Shown here: piece by piece, positions 1 through 10,528 of the stretch
How the letters are laid out: every line of letters begins with the position of its first letter
Position numbering within the stretch: position 1 is the stretch's first letter
Assembly (NCBI GenBank): GCA_963737155.1
Contig: CAVTRN010000002.1
Span: forward strand, 2,208,001 to 2,272,000
DNA length: 64,000 nucleotides
Origin: Nitrospirota bacterium
GTDB taxonomy: Bacteria; Nitrospirota; UBA9217
Direction of reading: 5' to 3'
The notes under the pieces: generated by a model
Databases searched by the model: none
Told to the model about the DNA's origin: nothing
What the model saw: only the letters and a program-made list of their open reading frames with translations
Program-made: the position numbers and the translations under genes

Positions 1-87
1 ATAGAGGCCTAGATAGGTAAGATTTGCCGCATCGGGATGGCCGTAGATGCCGAATACTCCGCACTCTTCATGCATCTTGTCAAACAT
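1..87 (-). CDS. purF: amidophosphoribosyltransferase, 5' part only (runs off the window)
   Basis: Manual translation [29 protein letters not shown] contains the PurF EECGVFG motif; follows purB. Confidence 0.93.
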   Translation of the reverse strand, partial: MFDKMHEECGVFGIYGHPDAANLTYLGLY

Positions 88-92
88 AATTG

Positions 93-1394
93 TTATACCT
101 TCTTTTTAAAGACACGCTTGAATATGTAATCAACCTTCTTAAGCATATGAGACAGATCAAAACAATCGTCAATTTCACGATTGCTCAGATATTGTTTAAT
201 ATCCCTATCGCTCTGCAAACGATCCTTGAAATCTCCCCCCTGTTTCCAAACCTCCATGGCATTCCGCTGCACGTAAGAATAGGCGGTTTCGCGAGTCAGG
301 CCTTTGGCCACCAGTGCAAGCATGACCGTTTCGGAATGAAAAAGCCCTTTCGAGAGCGACATGTTCCGTTTCATATTCTGCGAATAAACAAATAACCGAT
401 CAATTAGGTTGTTGAACCTAATGAGCATATAATCGATGAGAATCGTGCTGTCGGGGATAATAATGCGTTCCACCGAAGAATGGCTGATATCCCGCTCGTG
501 CCAAAGCGCGATGTTCTCCATGGCTGCAAGAGAATTGGACCGGACCACGCGGGCAAGACCGGACAGGTTTTCCGCGGATATGGGGTTCCTCTTATGCGGC
601 ATTGCTGATGACCCCTTCTGACCTTCGGAGAAGAACTCCTCGGCCTCGAGCACTTCAGTGCGCTGAAGGTGTCGGAGTTCGACGGAAAACTTTTCAATCG
701 AGGAGGCGATAAGGGCAAGAGCGGAGAGGAATTCCGCATGCCGGTCCCGCTGCACTACCTGCGTTGCCACCGGTTCCGGTGTGAGCCCCAGCTTGCGGCA
801 TACATAGGTCTCGACAAAAGGATCGATGTTCGCAAAGGTGCCTACTGCGCCCGAGACCTTGCCTACACTAATAACCTTCCTGGCACGTATCATGCGGTCA
901 CGAGCGCGACCCATTTCCTCGTACCATGTCGCCATTTTGAGCCCGAAAGTGATTGGCTCGGCATGTACGCCATGGGAGCGACCAATCATTACCGTGTTTT
1001 TGTGCTGTCGGGCCTGCTTCTTCAGCGTGGACATCACCATGTCGATGTCCTTGAGGATAATGTCCGATGCCCTGCGCATAAGCGAGGCAAGAGAAGTATC
1101 AAGCACATCCGAGGAGGTGAGTCCCAGATGTATGTAACGGGAATCAGGCCCTACGTGCTCTCCGACTGCAGTCAGAAAGGCAATTACGTCATGCTTCACG
1201 ATCTTCTCGAGAGAATCGATACGTTTGACGGTGAAGGCCGCATTTTTTTTGATTTTTGCAAGTGCCTTGGCGGGGATTAACCCAAGCTTCGCATTCGCTT
1301 CGCAGGCGAGGATTTCCACTTCGAGCCAGGCACTGTATCTGCTTTCCGGTTCCCAGAGTCCCGCCATTTCGGGTCTGCTGTAACGAGAGATCAT
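93..1394 (-). CDS. purB: adenylosuccinate lyase
   Basis: [10 protein letters not shown] signature, [10 protein letters not shown]; start moved to MISRYS (GGAG RBS at 1401-1404). Confidence 0.97.
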   Translation of the reverse strand: MISRYSRPEMAGLWEPESRYSAWLEVEILACEANAKLGLIPAKALAKIKKNAAFTVKRIDSLEKIVKHDVIAFLTAVGEHVGPDSRYIHLGLTSSDVLDTSLASLMRRASDIILKDIDMVMSTLKKQARQHKNTVMIGRSHGVHAEPITFGLKMATWYEEMGRARDRMIRARKVISVGKVSGAVGTFANIDPFVETYVCRKLGLTPEPVATQVVQRDRHAEFLSALALIASSIEKFSVELRHLQRTEVLEAEEFFSEGQKGSSAMPHKRNPISAENLSGLARVVRSNSLAAMENIALWHERDISHSSVERIIIPDSTILIDYMLIRFNNLIDRLFVYSQNMKRNMSLSKGLFHSETVMLALVAKGLTRETAYSYVQRNAMEVWKQGGDFKDRLQSDRDIKQYLSNREIDDCFDLSHMLKKVDYIFKRVFKKKV

Positions 1395-1585
1395 TCTTGT
1401 CTCCAACTAATCAAATAAAATTTCGTGAGCAAAATAGTTTGAGGATTCAGGGCTTCTGTTAAGACACCTATTGTTTTCATGCAAACAAAATTCATATCAA
1501 AAGTAAAAGAAGATACAAATCTTTCTCACGAATGACGCTATTAACACAAATTCTACGGACTGAAGCAGGACTTCTGGATCTCAAT

Positions 1586-2077
1586 TCATAACAGCCGGGA
1601 AATGAGATCGTAAGAAGCCCTGTCGAAGGCAACAAGAGAGACTGCCAGATTATGCTCTCCCGCCCCTTCCTTCAAACCTTCTTGTAAAGCGTGAACAGCA
1701 GTTTCATAATCGGCGTTAGCCGGGGGAAAGTACTCCAGTGCGGCGACCGCAATTTTAATGGCGCTTATGCTTGCCGCAGTCATCATTGCCACACTCTTAA
1801 GTGTTGAGCACGAGAACTCCGATTGCGGGCCGAGGCCTACTAAGAAAATCTTTTCCGCCGGAATCTTGCGACGATTGGCTAGCAGCGCCATTTCACCCAG
1901 CGCACCGCGCAGCCTTTTCTCGACGATGAGTCTCGACAGAGAGCCGCAAAGGAGCCAGTCGAGGTGGCCAGCAAGGCTCTTGAGCGGTCTCACGTCTTCG
2001 TAAAAGCCGACAACGATAGCGTCACTCTCAATCGTCTTAATGTCCTGAAATATGACATCCACCGCTAATTCGGCCAT
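1586..2077 (-). CDS. stand-alone peptidase M17 N-terminal-domain-like protein
   Basis: DVRPLKSLAGHLDWLLCGSLSRLI and KIFLVGLG resemble the leucyl aminopeptidase N-domain; no catalytic domain. Confidence 0.65.
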   Translation of the reverse strand: MAELAVDVIFQDIKTIESDAIVVGFYEDVRPLKSLAGHLDWLLCGSLSRLIVEKRLRGALGEMALLANRRKIPAEKIFLVGLGPQSEFSCSTLKSVAMMTAASISAIKIAVAALEYFPPANADYETAVHALQEGLKEGAGEHNLAVSLVAFDRASYDLISRLL

Positions 2078-2085
2078 CTTATAGC

Positions 2086-2517
2086 TTAATCCTCAATCTT
2101 GCTTTCTTCTAGTTTTCCCGTCAATCGCGCCACACGGTCTAATATCCCGTTCACAAAAGCTCCCGATTCGTCGGTGCCGAACTTTTTAGCGATTTCGATA
2201 GCCTCATTAATTGTTACACTGGTGGGGATGTCAATACGGTAGACAATCTCGTAGATGGCCATTCTGAGCACATTGCGGTCTACCACGGCCATACGATCGA
2301 GGCTCCAGTTCTTCGCGCATTGATGGATCAGGTCGTTGATCTTGGGAAGATACTTGTAAGTTCCCTTGACAATCTCTTCTGCGAAATCTCTGACCTCATC
2401 GTCCGGATTGTATTCAGTCCAGAAACGCTTCAGAATAACCGCCGAAGGCTTTTCCTTTCTGATATCAAGCTGAAAAAGTATCTGAAGTGCGTGTTCCCTG
2501 GCTTTGCGTCTTTTCAT
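2086..2517 (-). CDS. nusB: transcription antitermination factor NusB
   Basis: RRKAREHALQILFQ, VDRNVLR, INEAIEIAKKFG, FVNGILD; downstream of ribH. Confidence 0.97.
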   Translation of the reverse strand: MKRRKAREHALQILFQLDIRKEKPSAVILKRFWTEYNPDDEVRDFAEEIVKGTYKYLPKINDLIHQCAKNWSLDRMAVVDRNVLRMAIYEIVYRIDIPTSVTINEAIEIAKKFGTDESGAFVNGILDRVARLTGKLEESKIED

Positions 2518-2558
2518 ACACTCTCGTCCGACCGCCGTCTTTCCGAACGCATCCGTCC

Positions 2559-3026
2559 TTATGCCATCTGGTTCACAACATTCGCCATTTCGATCGCAGA
2601 CATTGCCGCATCCCAGCCCTTGTTGCCGCTCTTAGTGCCCGCGCGCTCGATTGCCTGTTCGATTGTATCGGTGGTAAGTACGCCGAAAATGACCGGCACA
2701 CCGGTATCCATGGCAACCATTGCCACACCCTTACTCACTTCAGCGCTTACGTATTCAAAATGCGGAGTCGCCCCGCGAATCACCGCGCCGAGACAGATTA
2801 CCGCATGGTACTTCTTCGACTGGGCCATCATTTTCGCCACGAGGGGAATCTCATAGGAACCGGGGACTTTAACAATTTCAATATCATTTTCAGCCACACC
2901 GTGGCGCTGCAGCCCATCAAGAGCGCCTTCTAGCAGCCTGCCCGTGATAAAGTCGTTAAATCGCGCTGAAACAATTCCGAATCTGAAGCCTTTTCCGATT
3001 AGCTCTCCCTGGATGATTTTCGCCAT
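2559..3026 (-). CDS. ribH: 6,7-dimethyl-8-ribityllumazine synthase
   Basis: [36 protein letters not shown]. Confidence 0.98.
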   Translation of the reverse strand: MAKIIQGELIGKGFRFGIVSARFNDFITGRLLEGALDGLQRHGVAENDIEIVKVPGSYEIPLVAKMMAQSKKYHAVICLGAVIRGATPHFEYVSAEVSKGVAMVAMDTGVPVIFGVLTTDTIEQAIERAGTKSGNKGWDAAMSAIEMANVVNQMA

Positions 3027-3059
3027 CGTTTCCTCCGCACCATGCGCCCTAAAACTGTA

Positions 3060-4265
3060 TTAGACTTTCTCGAGCATATGCCCGAGCTTGTTTTTCTTCA
3101 CCTTAAGATAATGGATATTTTTTGAGTGAGGATGCATTTCGATAGGTACCCGGGCGACAACGGTAAGCCCATAGCCTTCAAGACCCACGATCTTTTTGGG
3201 ATTGTTCGTAAGCAGTTTAATTTTGCGGATACCAAGGTCCCGAATAATTTGAGCACCAACACCGTAATCCCGGAGATCGGCCTTGAACCCCAGCGCAAGG
3301 TTCGCCTCGACTGTATCCTTACCCATATCCTGAAGCTCATAGGCCTTGAGTTTGCCTTCCAGTCCGATTCCACGTCCTTCCTGACGCATATACAGAATCA
3401 CGCCCTTGCCTTCCTTGTCGATCATCTGCATGGCGTTACGAAGTTGTTCGCCGCAGTCGCAGCGCATTGAACCAAATACATCGCCGGTCAGGCACTCAGA
3501 ATGGACCCGCACCATTACCTCGTCATCAGGCTTGATGTCTCCTTTGACCAAAGCGATGTGGTTCTGGCGATCGATGTCGTTCGCATAGAGGATCGCTGTA
3601 AACTCATTGCCGTAAGACGTCGGAAGTTTCGTCACCGCGACACGTCGGACAAGGGATTCCTTCTTTACCCGGTAGGCGATGAGGTCCTTAATGGTTACAA
3701 TTTTCATCTTGTATGTCTTGGCGAACTCCATTAACTGGGGAACACGCGCCATGGTACCGTCATCGTTCATGATTTCGCAGATTACACCTGCGGGAAAGAG
3801 GCCAGCGAGCCGCGCAAGGTCAACCGAACCCTCGGTTTGGCCTGCGCGCTGCAGTACACCGCCCGCTTTTGCACGGAGCGGAAACACATGCCCGGGCCTC
3901 GCTAGATCTTCAGGCCCGGACTTCGGGCTGATCGCCGTCTTTATCGTTGTTGCCCGGTCGGCGGCGGAGATGCCAGTGGTCACGCCTTTTTTCGCTTCGA
4001 TAGATATGGTGAATGCCGTACCGAAAGCCGATGTATTATCCGTTGTCATCATGGGCAACTGCAGACGCTCAACTCTATCTGGTGTTATGGATAGGCAGAT
4101 GAGGCCCCTACCGAACTTTGCCATAAAATTTATGGCTTCAGGCGTTATGGTTTCCGCGGCCATAGTAAGGTCGCCTTCGTTCTCGCGATCCTCATCATCC
4201 ACGAGAATGACCATTTTCCCGTTCTTTATATCCTCTATGGCTTCTTCAATCGTGTTAAATTTCAT
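3060..4265 (-). CDS. ribBA: bifunctional DHBP synthase / GTP cyclohydrolase II
   Basis: [45 protein letters not shown]. Confidence 0.98.
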   Translation of the reverse strand: MKFNTIEEAIEDIKNGKMVILVDDEDRENEGDLTMAAETITPEAINFMAKFGRGLICLSITPDRVERLQLPMMTTDNTSAFGTAFTISIEAKKGVTTGISAADRATTIKTAISPKSGPEDLARPGHVFPLRAKAGGVLQRAGQTEGSVDLARLAGLFPAGVICEIMNDDGTMARVPQLMEFAKTYKMKIVTIKDLIAYRVKKESLVRRVAVTKLPTSYGNEFTAILYANDIDRQNHIALVKGDIKPDDEVMVRVHSECLTGDVFGSMRCDCGEQLRNAMQMIDKEGKGVILYMRQEGRGIGLEGKLKAYELQDMGKDTVEANLALGFKADLRDYGVGAQIIRDLGIRKIKLLTNNPKKIVGLEGYGLTVVARVPIEMHPHSKNIHYLKVKKNKLGHMLEKV

Positions 4266-4360
4266 AAATTCACCTCAAGTATACAGAGTCAAGTAGCAAT
4301 GAACGAGAACAGGAGAAAACGTTTCCAAACCCCAGTTTCCGGCCCCTTTTCCCCTGTTTT

Positions 4361-4999
4361 CTAAGCAAATCCCGTTTTCTTGAGCAACTCGAGAGTAACT
4401 CCGTTCTCCATCCTTCCGGACAATAGGCGTTCGACATACTTGCCGATAATGTCTCCCTCCAAGTTCACGCTGTCGCCTGCAGATTTGAACCCCAGAGTCG
4501 TGAACTTGGCAGTATGAGGGATCATGGCGATTGAAAAACCGGTTTTATCCACATCCGCAACCGTAAGACTGATACCGTCTATCGCAATGGAGCCTTTTTT
4601 GATTACATACCTAAGGAGCGTTTCCGGCGCATCGATGAAAATTTTCCAACCGTTCCCCTCTTCCCGTTTGTCCCGTATACGTCCGACAGCGTCTACGTGT
4701 CCACTTACCAGATGGCCGCCGATACGCGCGGATAGCTGAAGTGCCCGTTCCAAGTTCACCTTTGCTCCGATTTTCAGGTCTCCGAGATTGGTAACCTTAA
4801 GTGTTTCAACAGCCACATCAGCGGTAAACTCGTTTTTATCGATATCCACTACGGTAAGGCAAACTCCGCTCACACTGATGCTATCTCCCAGGACCGTATT
4901 TCCGATCACTGCGGACGCCGATATGGTAATTCGGGCAGTGGCTGCATCACGCCGATACGCTTTGACGTCCCCGATTTCTTCCACGATGCCGGTGAACAC
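4361..4999 (-). CDS. ribE: riboflavin synthase alpha chain
   Basis: MFTGIVEE, GGHLVSGHVD, KGSIAIDGISLTV; GGAGG RBS. Confidence 0.97.
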   Translation of the reverse strand: MFTGIVEEIGDVKAYRRDAATARITISASAVIGNTVLGDSISVSGVCLTVVDIDKNEFTADVAVETLKVTNLGDLKIGAKVNLERALQLSARIGGHLVSGHVDAVGRIRDKREEGNGWKIFIDAPETLLRYVIKKGSIAIDGISLTVADVDKTGFSIAMIPHTAKFTTLGFKSAGDSVNLEGDIIGKYVERLLSGRMENGVTLELLKKTGFA

Positions 5000-5012
5000 T
5001 GATTCCTCCTAT

Positions 5013-5803
5013 TTAAAAAGCGAAAAGGATCACAAATTCGATACGTCGGTTCTTGCGCCTGCCATCTTCCGTGTGTTCGGAGCAACAGGCTAATATTCAC
5101 CTGTAGCCAATGGCAGAAAGAAGGAAGGGCCAACGCCATCGAGTTTCTGAAGATAACGGTCTACTACGGTAGCGCTCCATGGCGAAAAACCCAAGTTCGT
5201 CGGTAACATAGTCTTCAGCGGACTCGCGATTTTCATGTTATCGGTATATCTTTCACTCTCGGCGTCTGTCTTTCGCATCCTGCAGAGTCCTTTCGACTTT
5301 GTCCAGAACCCATTTCCCATCCTTGCCGGTCATCGTGCTTTCTGAAGGGAATATAATCTTATCCACCACCGTTAGATGGTTATGCATCCATGTTATTTGA
5401 ACCTGTCCTTCCTAAATCTCCTTTGCGAGCTTTTTAATCAAATCCGGAAGGTCTGCAAGACCTTCACGATCTTTCACCTTCTCGTTTTTTCCTATAACTC
5501 AAAAACCTTATTCAGCAAATGCCGCTTTATCCCATGATAACTATTTCCTGCTGTTTTTGGATTCCCGTCTTCTCATTTTCAAGGGAATCTATATCCCACT
5601 TAAGAGTTTTTCCCCTTTGCGGAACCTTTCTCGGCCTTTTTCATATTATCAAGTTTGGCGGAAAAGCTCTCTACCTGTGCATGAAGGTCGTCGGTTTCTC
5701 TGACAGTGAGGCAGCCTCTTTCGATTTTAAATCAAAGGTCCACTATGAAACGCAACCGGCAAAGAACAACAAGACAAATACCTGGAAAATAAGCTATTTT
5801 TCA
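5013..5803 (-). pseudogene. degraded MotB/OmpA-family lipoprotein
   Basis: Fragments in several frames, broken by stops and frameshifts: LLFFAGCVS*, DLIKKLAKEI*EGQVQIT, VVDKIIFPS, YTDNMKIASPLK..PTN, RYLQ, LSAIGY/GEY*PVAPN/TEDGRRKNRRIEFVIL. Confidence 0.8.
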
Positions 5804-5996
5804 GGTACGCCCACTTCTCGTTGCAATGATGGGAGATAGGATATTGAGCCTGGTTATAATAACTTCGACCGCCTTTATTGTCAAGGACATTGTGGCGGAA
5901 AGGGGCTGAATTTAAAGGCAAGTTCTATTGCCCATATAAAAATTCAGAGCTGATCATATTTTCATGAATAATCGCATGCTGCGGAATAAAGACGTA

Positions 5997-6140
5997 TGAG
6001 TAGCTACCCACGGGCTTACGCCCCTAGCACTTTGAAACCACATAAGCACCCCTCCTAACTACCCCGGAGGAGAAGAAAAAAATAAGCGACGCATTCGTCT
6101 ACGAGCTAAGGCCTGTGGTCTTCTGCTTCTTATTTTACAA
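5997..6140 (-). mobile_element. non-coding IS200/IS605 mini-element remnant (right-end and left-end hairpin motifs)
   Basis: TACCCACGGGCTTACGCCC and GCATTCGTCTACGAGCTAAGGCCTGTGGTCTTCTGC resemble IS200/605 subterminal palindromes; the first motif is shared with 45415-45441. Confidence 0.6.
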
Positions 6141-6374
6141 ACAGTCGTTTTACTGACATTATAGTTCTCTAAATCCTATCGATAGAAGCTTGTCCATCTC
6201 CACAGTACCACGGGCAAAACATACCTTGGGACATTATAAGCTAAGCTTTTTGGTGCACTGATGATACTCATCATTGTGCGATGGAAAACGGCTTGCCTTA
6301 GTTTTTTGGCCCTTACGACGCCGAGATATTTAGTCTGATATATATTGATTGCCTGGACTATCAAAGCTTGGAAT

Positions 6375-6664
6375 GAAGAACTTGAGGAAAAAATAAAAGC
6401 AGCAGCCAAGTGGATATCAAGTATGCGCAAAATAATGGTGTATTCCGCATCGAAGACTTTAAAAAAAGATAGCAGTCAAAAGACCTTCAGTTTAATATTG
6501 ATAATAAAAAACAGAAGGTTGCCGCATTTGAACGAAAACTGACGGAACTCAAGGCCGACAAAAAAAACGGAAAAGTGAGGATTTGTTTCGGTTCAAATAA
6601 GCTTTTCAGGCAGCAATCATCCGATGAAACATGGCATCCCAATGTTGCACAAGGTTTTCGATAG
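6375..6664 (+). pseudogene. frameshifted fragment of a TnpB-related gene paralogous to 61383-63074
   Basis: EELEEKIKAAAKWI and KDLQFNIDNKKQKVAAFERKLTELKADKKNGKVRICFGSNKLFRQQ align by eye with DLEEKIISVKKWI and KELQYRVDNKKRKRAFLEQKLSKLREDQKNGRVRICFGSNKIFRKQ. Confidence 0.9.
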
Positions 6665-6917
6665 AAACGCGCACAACTCAAAAACTCTTCAGAATTTCAT
6701 CTTTGAGCTTGGACACTATGACATGAAGAACAAGTTGCTCGTTGTATGATCGTGTCATAGCGTCGGTGAGAAACGTCACGGAGATAACAGATTGGATGTG
6801 ATATCCTCCGTGGTATACCTATTCCAACAAAAAACAGTACAGGCGCAAAATTAAGAGACCTTTCTCTAAATATCTTTTTAAATGAACTCTGCGCCTATGC
6901 TAGATCGTCTTTGGTTA

Positions 6918-7148
6918 CTATCCTACCTGTATAATCTGGACAGGGCAGGAATCAGCCGCTTCTTTAACTTTGTCTAAATACTCCGCCGGTGCGTTACCTT
7001 CCGCCGGATTGCCGCCGATCTGGAACTTTGACGTAACCTGACTCCAGCTGTCAGTTGCATTCTGCTCGAAAAATTCAGGGCAAACGGCCCAGCATGATTC
7101 ACAGCTAATACACTCTTCTCTCCTGATCGTAACTTTGGTATTTGCCAT
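6918..7148 (-). CDS. single-cluster ferredoxin
   Basis: CISCESCWAVCP and AADSCPVQII. Confidence 0.9.
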   Translation of the reverse strand: MANTKVTIRREECISCESCWAVCPEFFEQNATDSWSQVTSKFQIGGNPAEGNAPAEYLDKVKEAADSCPVQIIQVG

Positions 7149-7234
7149 TATTGCACCCCTCATCGTTGAATTTCCGGGTGAGTCCCGGCGTAGATTTTTC
7201 CGGCGCTTTAGCGCTGTTTCTTTTTTGTCAATAA

Positions 7235-7558
7235 TTATGCAAGTCTTTTCTGCTCAAGAATATCATCAACCCAAGAAAGAGCTGCCGAGACATTGGGGAA
7301 TCCAATCGTGTTTATGAGCAGGATAATGGCATGACGTATTTCTTCGGGCTTTGCACCCGCTGCCAGTGCCCGCCGCGCATGTGAATGGACCGATCCCTCG
7401 GAATGCGATGTCGCCGCCGCAGCCAGTTGAATCAGATGGGCTGTTTTCTTATTCAGCGGACCTGCAGCCTTTGCTTCTTTGCCGAGATTTTCTACGGCTT
7501 TCATTAATTTTGCATATTTTTTTTGTATTCTTGCATATTGATTCGGCAGCTTCGGCAT
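7235..7558 (-). CDS. carboxymuconolactone decarboxylase (CMD/AhpD-like) family protein
   Basis: PLNKKTAHLIQLAAA, SHARRALAAGAKPEEIRH, IGFP; RBS GGAGG. Confidence 0.88.
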   Translation of the reverse strand: MPKLPNQYARIQKKYAKLMKAVENLGKEAKAAGPLNKKTAHLIQLAAAATSHSEGSVHSHARRALAAGAKPEEIRHAIILLINTIGFPNVSAALSWVDDILEQKRLA

Positions 7559-7755
7559 ATGCCCCTCCGCTTAAATTGTGATTTCTTTTAAGACAAGACT
7601 GGCTTCCTGATTGCAAAACCAATATCCCTAGTCTAGGTGAAACCACAGCAATAGTCAAGTGCACTCCAGCAGAAGCGCAGGCTGCAAGGGAGGGACGCAG
7701 CAATTCGGGAAAACGATCGTTGATCAAAAAAGTGTATCAGGCAGGAACACAACAC

Positions 7756-7789
7756 AAAAAAGGCAGCATTCATTTCCATGCCGCCTTTC
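7756..7789 (-). terminator. rho-independent terminator after rpmA
   Basis: Minus strand GAAAGGCGGCAT-loop-ATGCTGCC followed by a T run. Confidence 0.7.
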
Positions 7790-7814
7790 AGTGAACGATC
7801 AAATACTCGATTCG

Positions 7815-8072
7815 CTATAATGCCGCGTATACACTTACCTGCTTACGATGCTTATCCTTGCGTTCGAACTTCACCACACCATTGATCTTGGCAAAGAGCG
7901 TATCGTCGCTTCCCTTCCCCACATTTGTTCCAGGATGGACCTTGGTTCCGCGCTGACGAATAATAATCGTTCCTGCATTCACTTGCTCGCCGTCGTAACG
8001 CTTTACACCGAGGTACTGTGGGTTGCTGTCTCTGCCGTTTCTTGAACTGCCAACGCCCTTTTTATGAGCCAT
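7815..8072 (-). CDS. rpmA: 50S ribosomal protein L27
   Basis: [16 protein letters not shown]. Confidence 0.99.
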   Translation of the reverse strand: MAHKKGVGSSRNGRDSNPQYLGVKRYDGEQVNAGTIIIRQRGTKVHPGTNVGKGSDDTLFAKINGVVKFERKDKHRKQVSVYAAL

Positions 8073-8099
8073 GATTCATCCTCCGAATTCGTCTCCCGC

Positions 8100-8411
8100 T
8101 TACGCAATAATTTCTTTTATCTTGATTGTTGTGTAGTTCTGCCGGTGGCCGTTGGTTTTGCGAAAGCCTTTCCGTCTCCGGTGCTTGAAAATAAGGAGTT
8201 TCTCTCCCCTGCCCTCTCCTAAAATCTCGACTGTTACCTTAGCAGAAGCGAGCAGAGGCTTACCAACAGATATCTTGTCGTCATCGGCAATCATGAAGAT
8301 ATCCTTTAATTCGATAGTATCGCCTTTCTTGGCGTCAAGACTCTCCACCCTAACAACATCTCCGGGGGCAACTTTGTACTGCTTCCCACCGGTAGCGATT
8401 ACTGCGTACAT
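8100..8411 (-). CDS. rplU: 50S ribosomal protein L21
   Basis: MYAVIATGGKQYKV, GHRQNYT. Confidence 0.99.
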   Translation of the reverse strand: MYAVIATGGKQYKVAPGDVVRVESLDAKKGDTIELKDIFMIADDDKISVGKPLLASAKVTVEILGEGRGEKLLIFKHRRRKGFRKTNGHRQNYTTIKIKEIIA

Positions 8412-8577
8412 TTTTATAACCTCCTTGACCTATCCAAAGCTACATTAAGAGGAAGCACATTACCACGTAACTTGCGAACTTGTCAAGGGAAAAAACAAGT
8501 ATCGCAGATTTCCCACCTCCGGGTAGACAAGGCGAGACTAAAAGCATCCAGGTTTATAAGGTTCTTTCGATTTCCCC

Positions 8578-10473
8578 TCACAAGTGCACCTCAACGGCCG
8601 GGAAAAACAAGTGGAATACTGTCCCTTTGCCAATGTCTGATTCAATGGTAATCAGGCCACCATGCCTTTTCATAATCGAGTAGCAGACAGCAAGACCGAG
8701 CCCAAGGCCTTTTTGGCTGTAGGTGTCCTTGGTGGAATAATAGGGGTCAAACACTTTCGCCAGATTTTCCGCGAGAATTCCTGCTCCTGTGTCCCGTATC
8801 GATATATCCAGGTATTTTCCTGCATGCAGAGGCATGCTGTCCTGCTCCGAAACATTTAGATTTTCACCTCTAATCGTAAGAGTGCCTCCTTGCGGCATGG
8901 CTTCCTTTGCATTGATTATAAGATTGTTTATTACCTGCTTCATTTGCCCCTCATCAATGGCAACCGGATAAAGTTCATCCGGCAGATAAAATTGAAAGGC
9001 GATATTCGAATCCTTAAGCAAGGCAGTAACTGTACTTTTGAGCAGTCCTGTTAAGGACATGTCTCTTTTTACCGGATCTCCACCTGTGGCAAATGTCAAC
9101 AGCCTTCTGCTCAGCGCTCCGGCCATACCACAGATTTCTTCAGCCTGGACCAGTCGGCTGACTGCGGTATCGTCCGGCGACAGAGAGGCTTTTGCGATTT
9201 CAATGTTGCTCAGGATGATGGTGAGCAGGTTGTTGAAATCGTGGGCAATACCGCCAGCAAGGAATCCGATCGATTCGAGCATGTGGCTCTTCAAACGTTC
9301 CTCTTCTGCTTTTTTACGCTCCGTGATATCCTGACGAATTGATATCCACAACGTCCCATGGGCATGGTGTTCAAATGTGGAGATAATATCATAGCACCAA
9401 AAAAGGGTGCCGTCTTTCTTGACATTGAGGACTTCTCCGCTCCACATCCCTTTTTGTTTCAAAAGGGTGCTCTTTTCAAATGCTATTTTTATTGGACTTT
9501 TCTCCGTCCGCGCATTGATCTTAGAAATATTCTCACCAATAAGTTCTCCCCGTGCATATCCGAACATTTCATCCACTTTGGGATTGGCATAGACAATCAC
9601 GCCGTCATTAGCCCGGATGAGAAAAACCCCTTCCGCCATGTTCGCAGCTATCTTTCCGTGAAGCTGGAGTTCCTCTTCAGCGATCTTGCGGTCCGTAATG
9701 TCCAGGGTATACTCTATCATCTGGCGAACATTTTCTTCTTCATCTAAAATCGGGTAGCCGTGAATCTCAAAGAACCGCGGCCGACCCTGTGTGTCATAAT
9801 GGATATGCTCCAACACAACTGGCTTGTGGGTCCTCCTAACCTCGGCAAGCGGGCAGGGATCTCCCCTTTCATAGCATGGTTCCGACGAATTGTGCGTATG
9901 GACATAACAGGCCATTTGACCCGGCAGTCCTTGCCGCGCCGACGCCCGATTGGCTATTTTTATGTCGTAATTAACTGCATCGAGAACATAAAATGGATGA
10001 GGGAGTGAGTCGATGACCAGTCTCAGGAAAGAATTCTGTTGTTTGATCTGTTCTTCCGCTTTTTTCGCCTCGGTAATGTCCTTGATGACGATAACAGCGC
10101 CGACGCACTCCGTGCCCCGGTAAAAGGGTGAGAAGGAAATCTGTGTATGCTTCACCAAGCCGTTTTTTGTTTTTGTTTCCGCTTCTCGGTGAAGGATGGG
10201 TGCTTTTCCCCTCATCACTGTTTTGGGCGGACATAAATCAATGCAGCGTTCTGACGATTCGCAGAATATGTGATAACATTTTTCCCCGAGCGCCTCTGAA
10301 GCGGCATAGCCGGTCAGTTCCTCGGCAGCAGGATTTGAATACTGTATGTTCATGTCGCAGTCAATGACATACACCGCTTCGCTCATACAGTTCAGGATTT
10401 CTTTGTGGGGCAGATCGAATTCCAAAGTGGACACCTCATTCTTGCGGACCGGCAGCGTACTTGCTGCACACAC
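8578..10473 (-). CDS. multi-PAS sensor histidine kinase
   Basis: Three PAS/PAC repeats, GIAHDFNNLL H-box, NLIINAKEAM, DTGAGI, GLGLGL; start uncertain. Confidence 0.92.
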   Translation of the reverse strand: MCAASTLPVRKNEVSTLEFDLPHKEILNCMSEAVYVIDCDMNIQYSNPAAEELTGYAASEALGEKCYHIFCESSERCIDLCPPKTVMRGKAPILHREAETKTKNGLVKHTQISFSPFYRGTECVGAVIVIKDITEAKKAEEQIKQQNSFLRLVIDSLPHPFYVLDAVNYDIKIANRASARQGLPGQMACYVHTHNSSEPCYERGDPCPLAEVRRTHKPVVLEHIHYDTQGRPRFFEIHGYPILDEEENVRQMIEYTLDITDRKIAEEELQLHGKIAANMAEGVFLIRANDGVIVYANPKVDEMFGYARGELIGENISKINARTEKSPIKIAFEKSTLLKQKGMWSGEVLNVKKDGTLFWCYDIISTFEHHAHGTLWISIRQDITERKKAEEERLKSHMLESIGFLAGGIAHDFNNLLTIILSNIEIAKASLSPDDTAVSRLVQAEEICGMAGALSRRLLTFATGGDPVKRDMSLTGLLKSTVTALLKDSNIAFQFYLPDELYPVAIDEGQMKQVINNLIINAKEAMPQGGTLTIRGENLNVSEQDSMPLHAGKYLDISIRDTGAGILAENLAKVFDPYYSTKDTYSQKGLGLGLAVCYSIMKRHGGLITIESDIGKGTVFHLFFPAVEVHL

Positions 10474-10528
10474 TTCCGATTAGGTGTGTGAATAAAATCA
10501 GCCAGGCTTTTCACATCTATTATAACCC

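Noticed and set aside
5000-5330. FMN riboswitch upstream of ribE, and ORFs 4906-5139 and 5090-5320 as real genes
   Set aside because: No RFN motifs recognised; the region is explained by the MotB/OmpA pseudogene.
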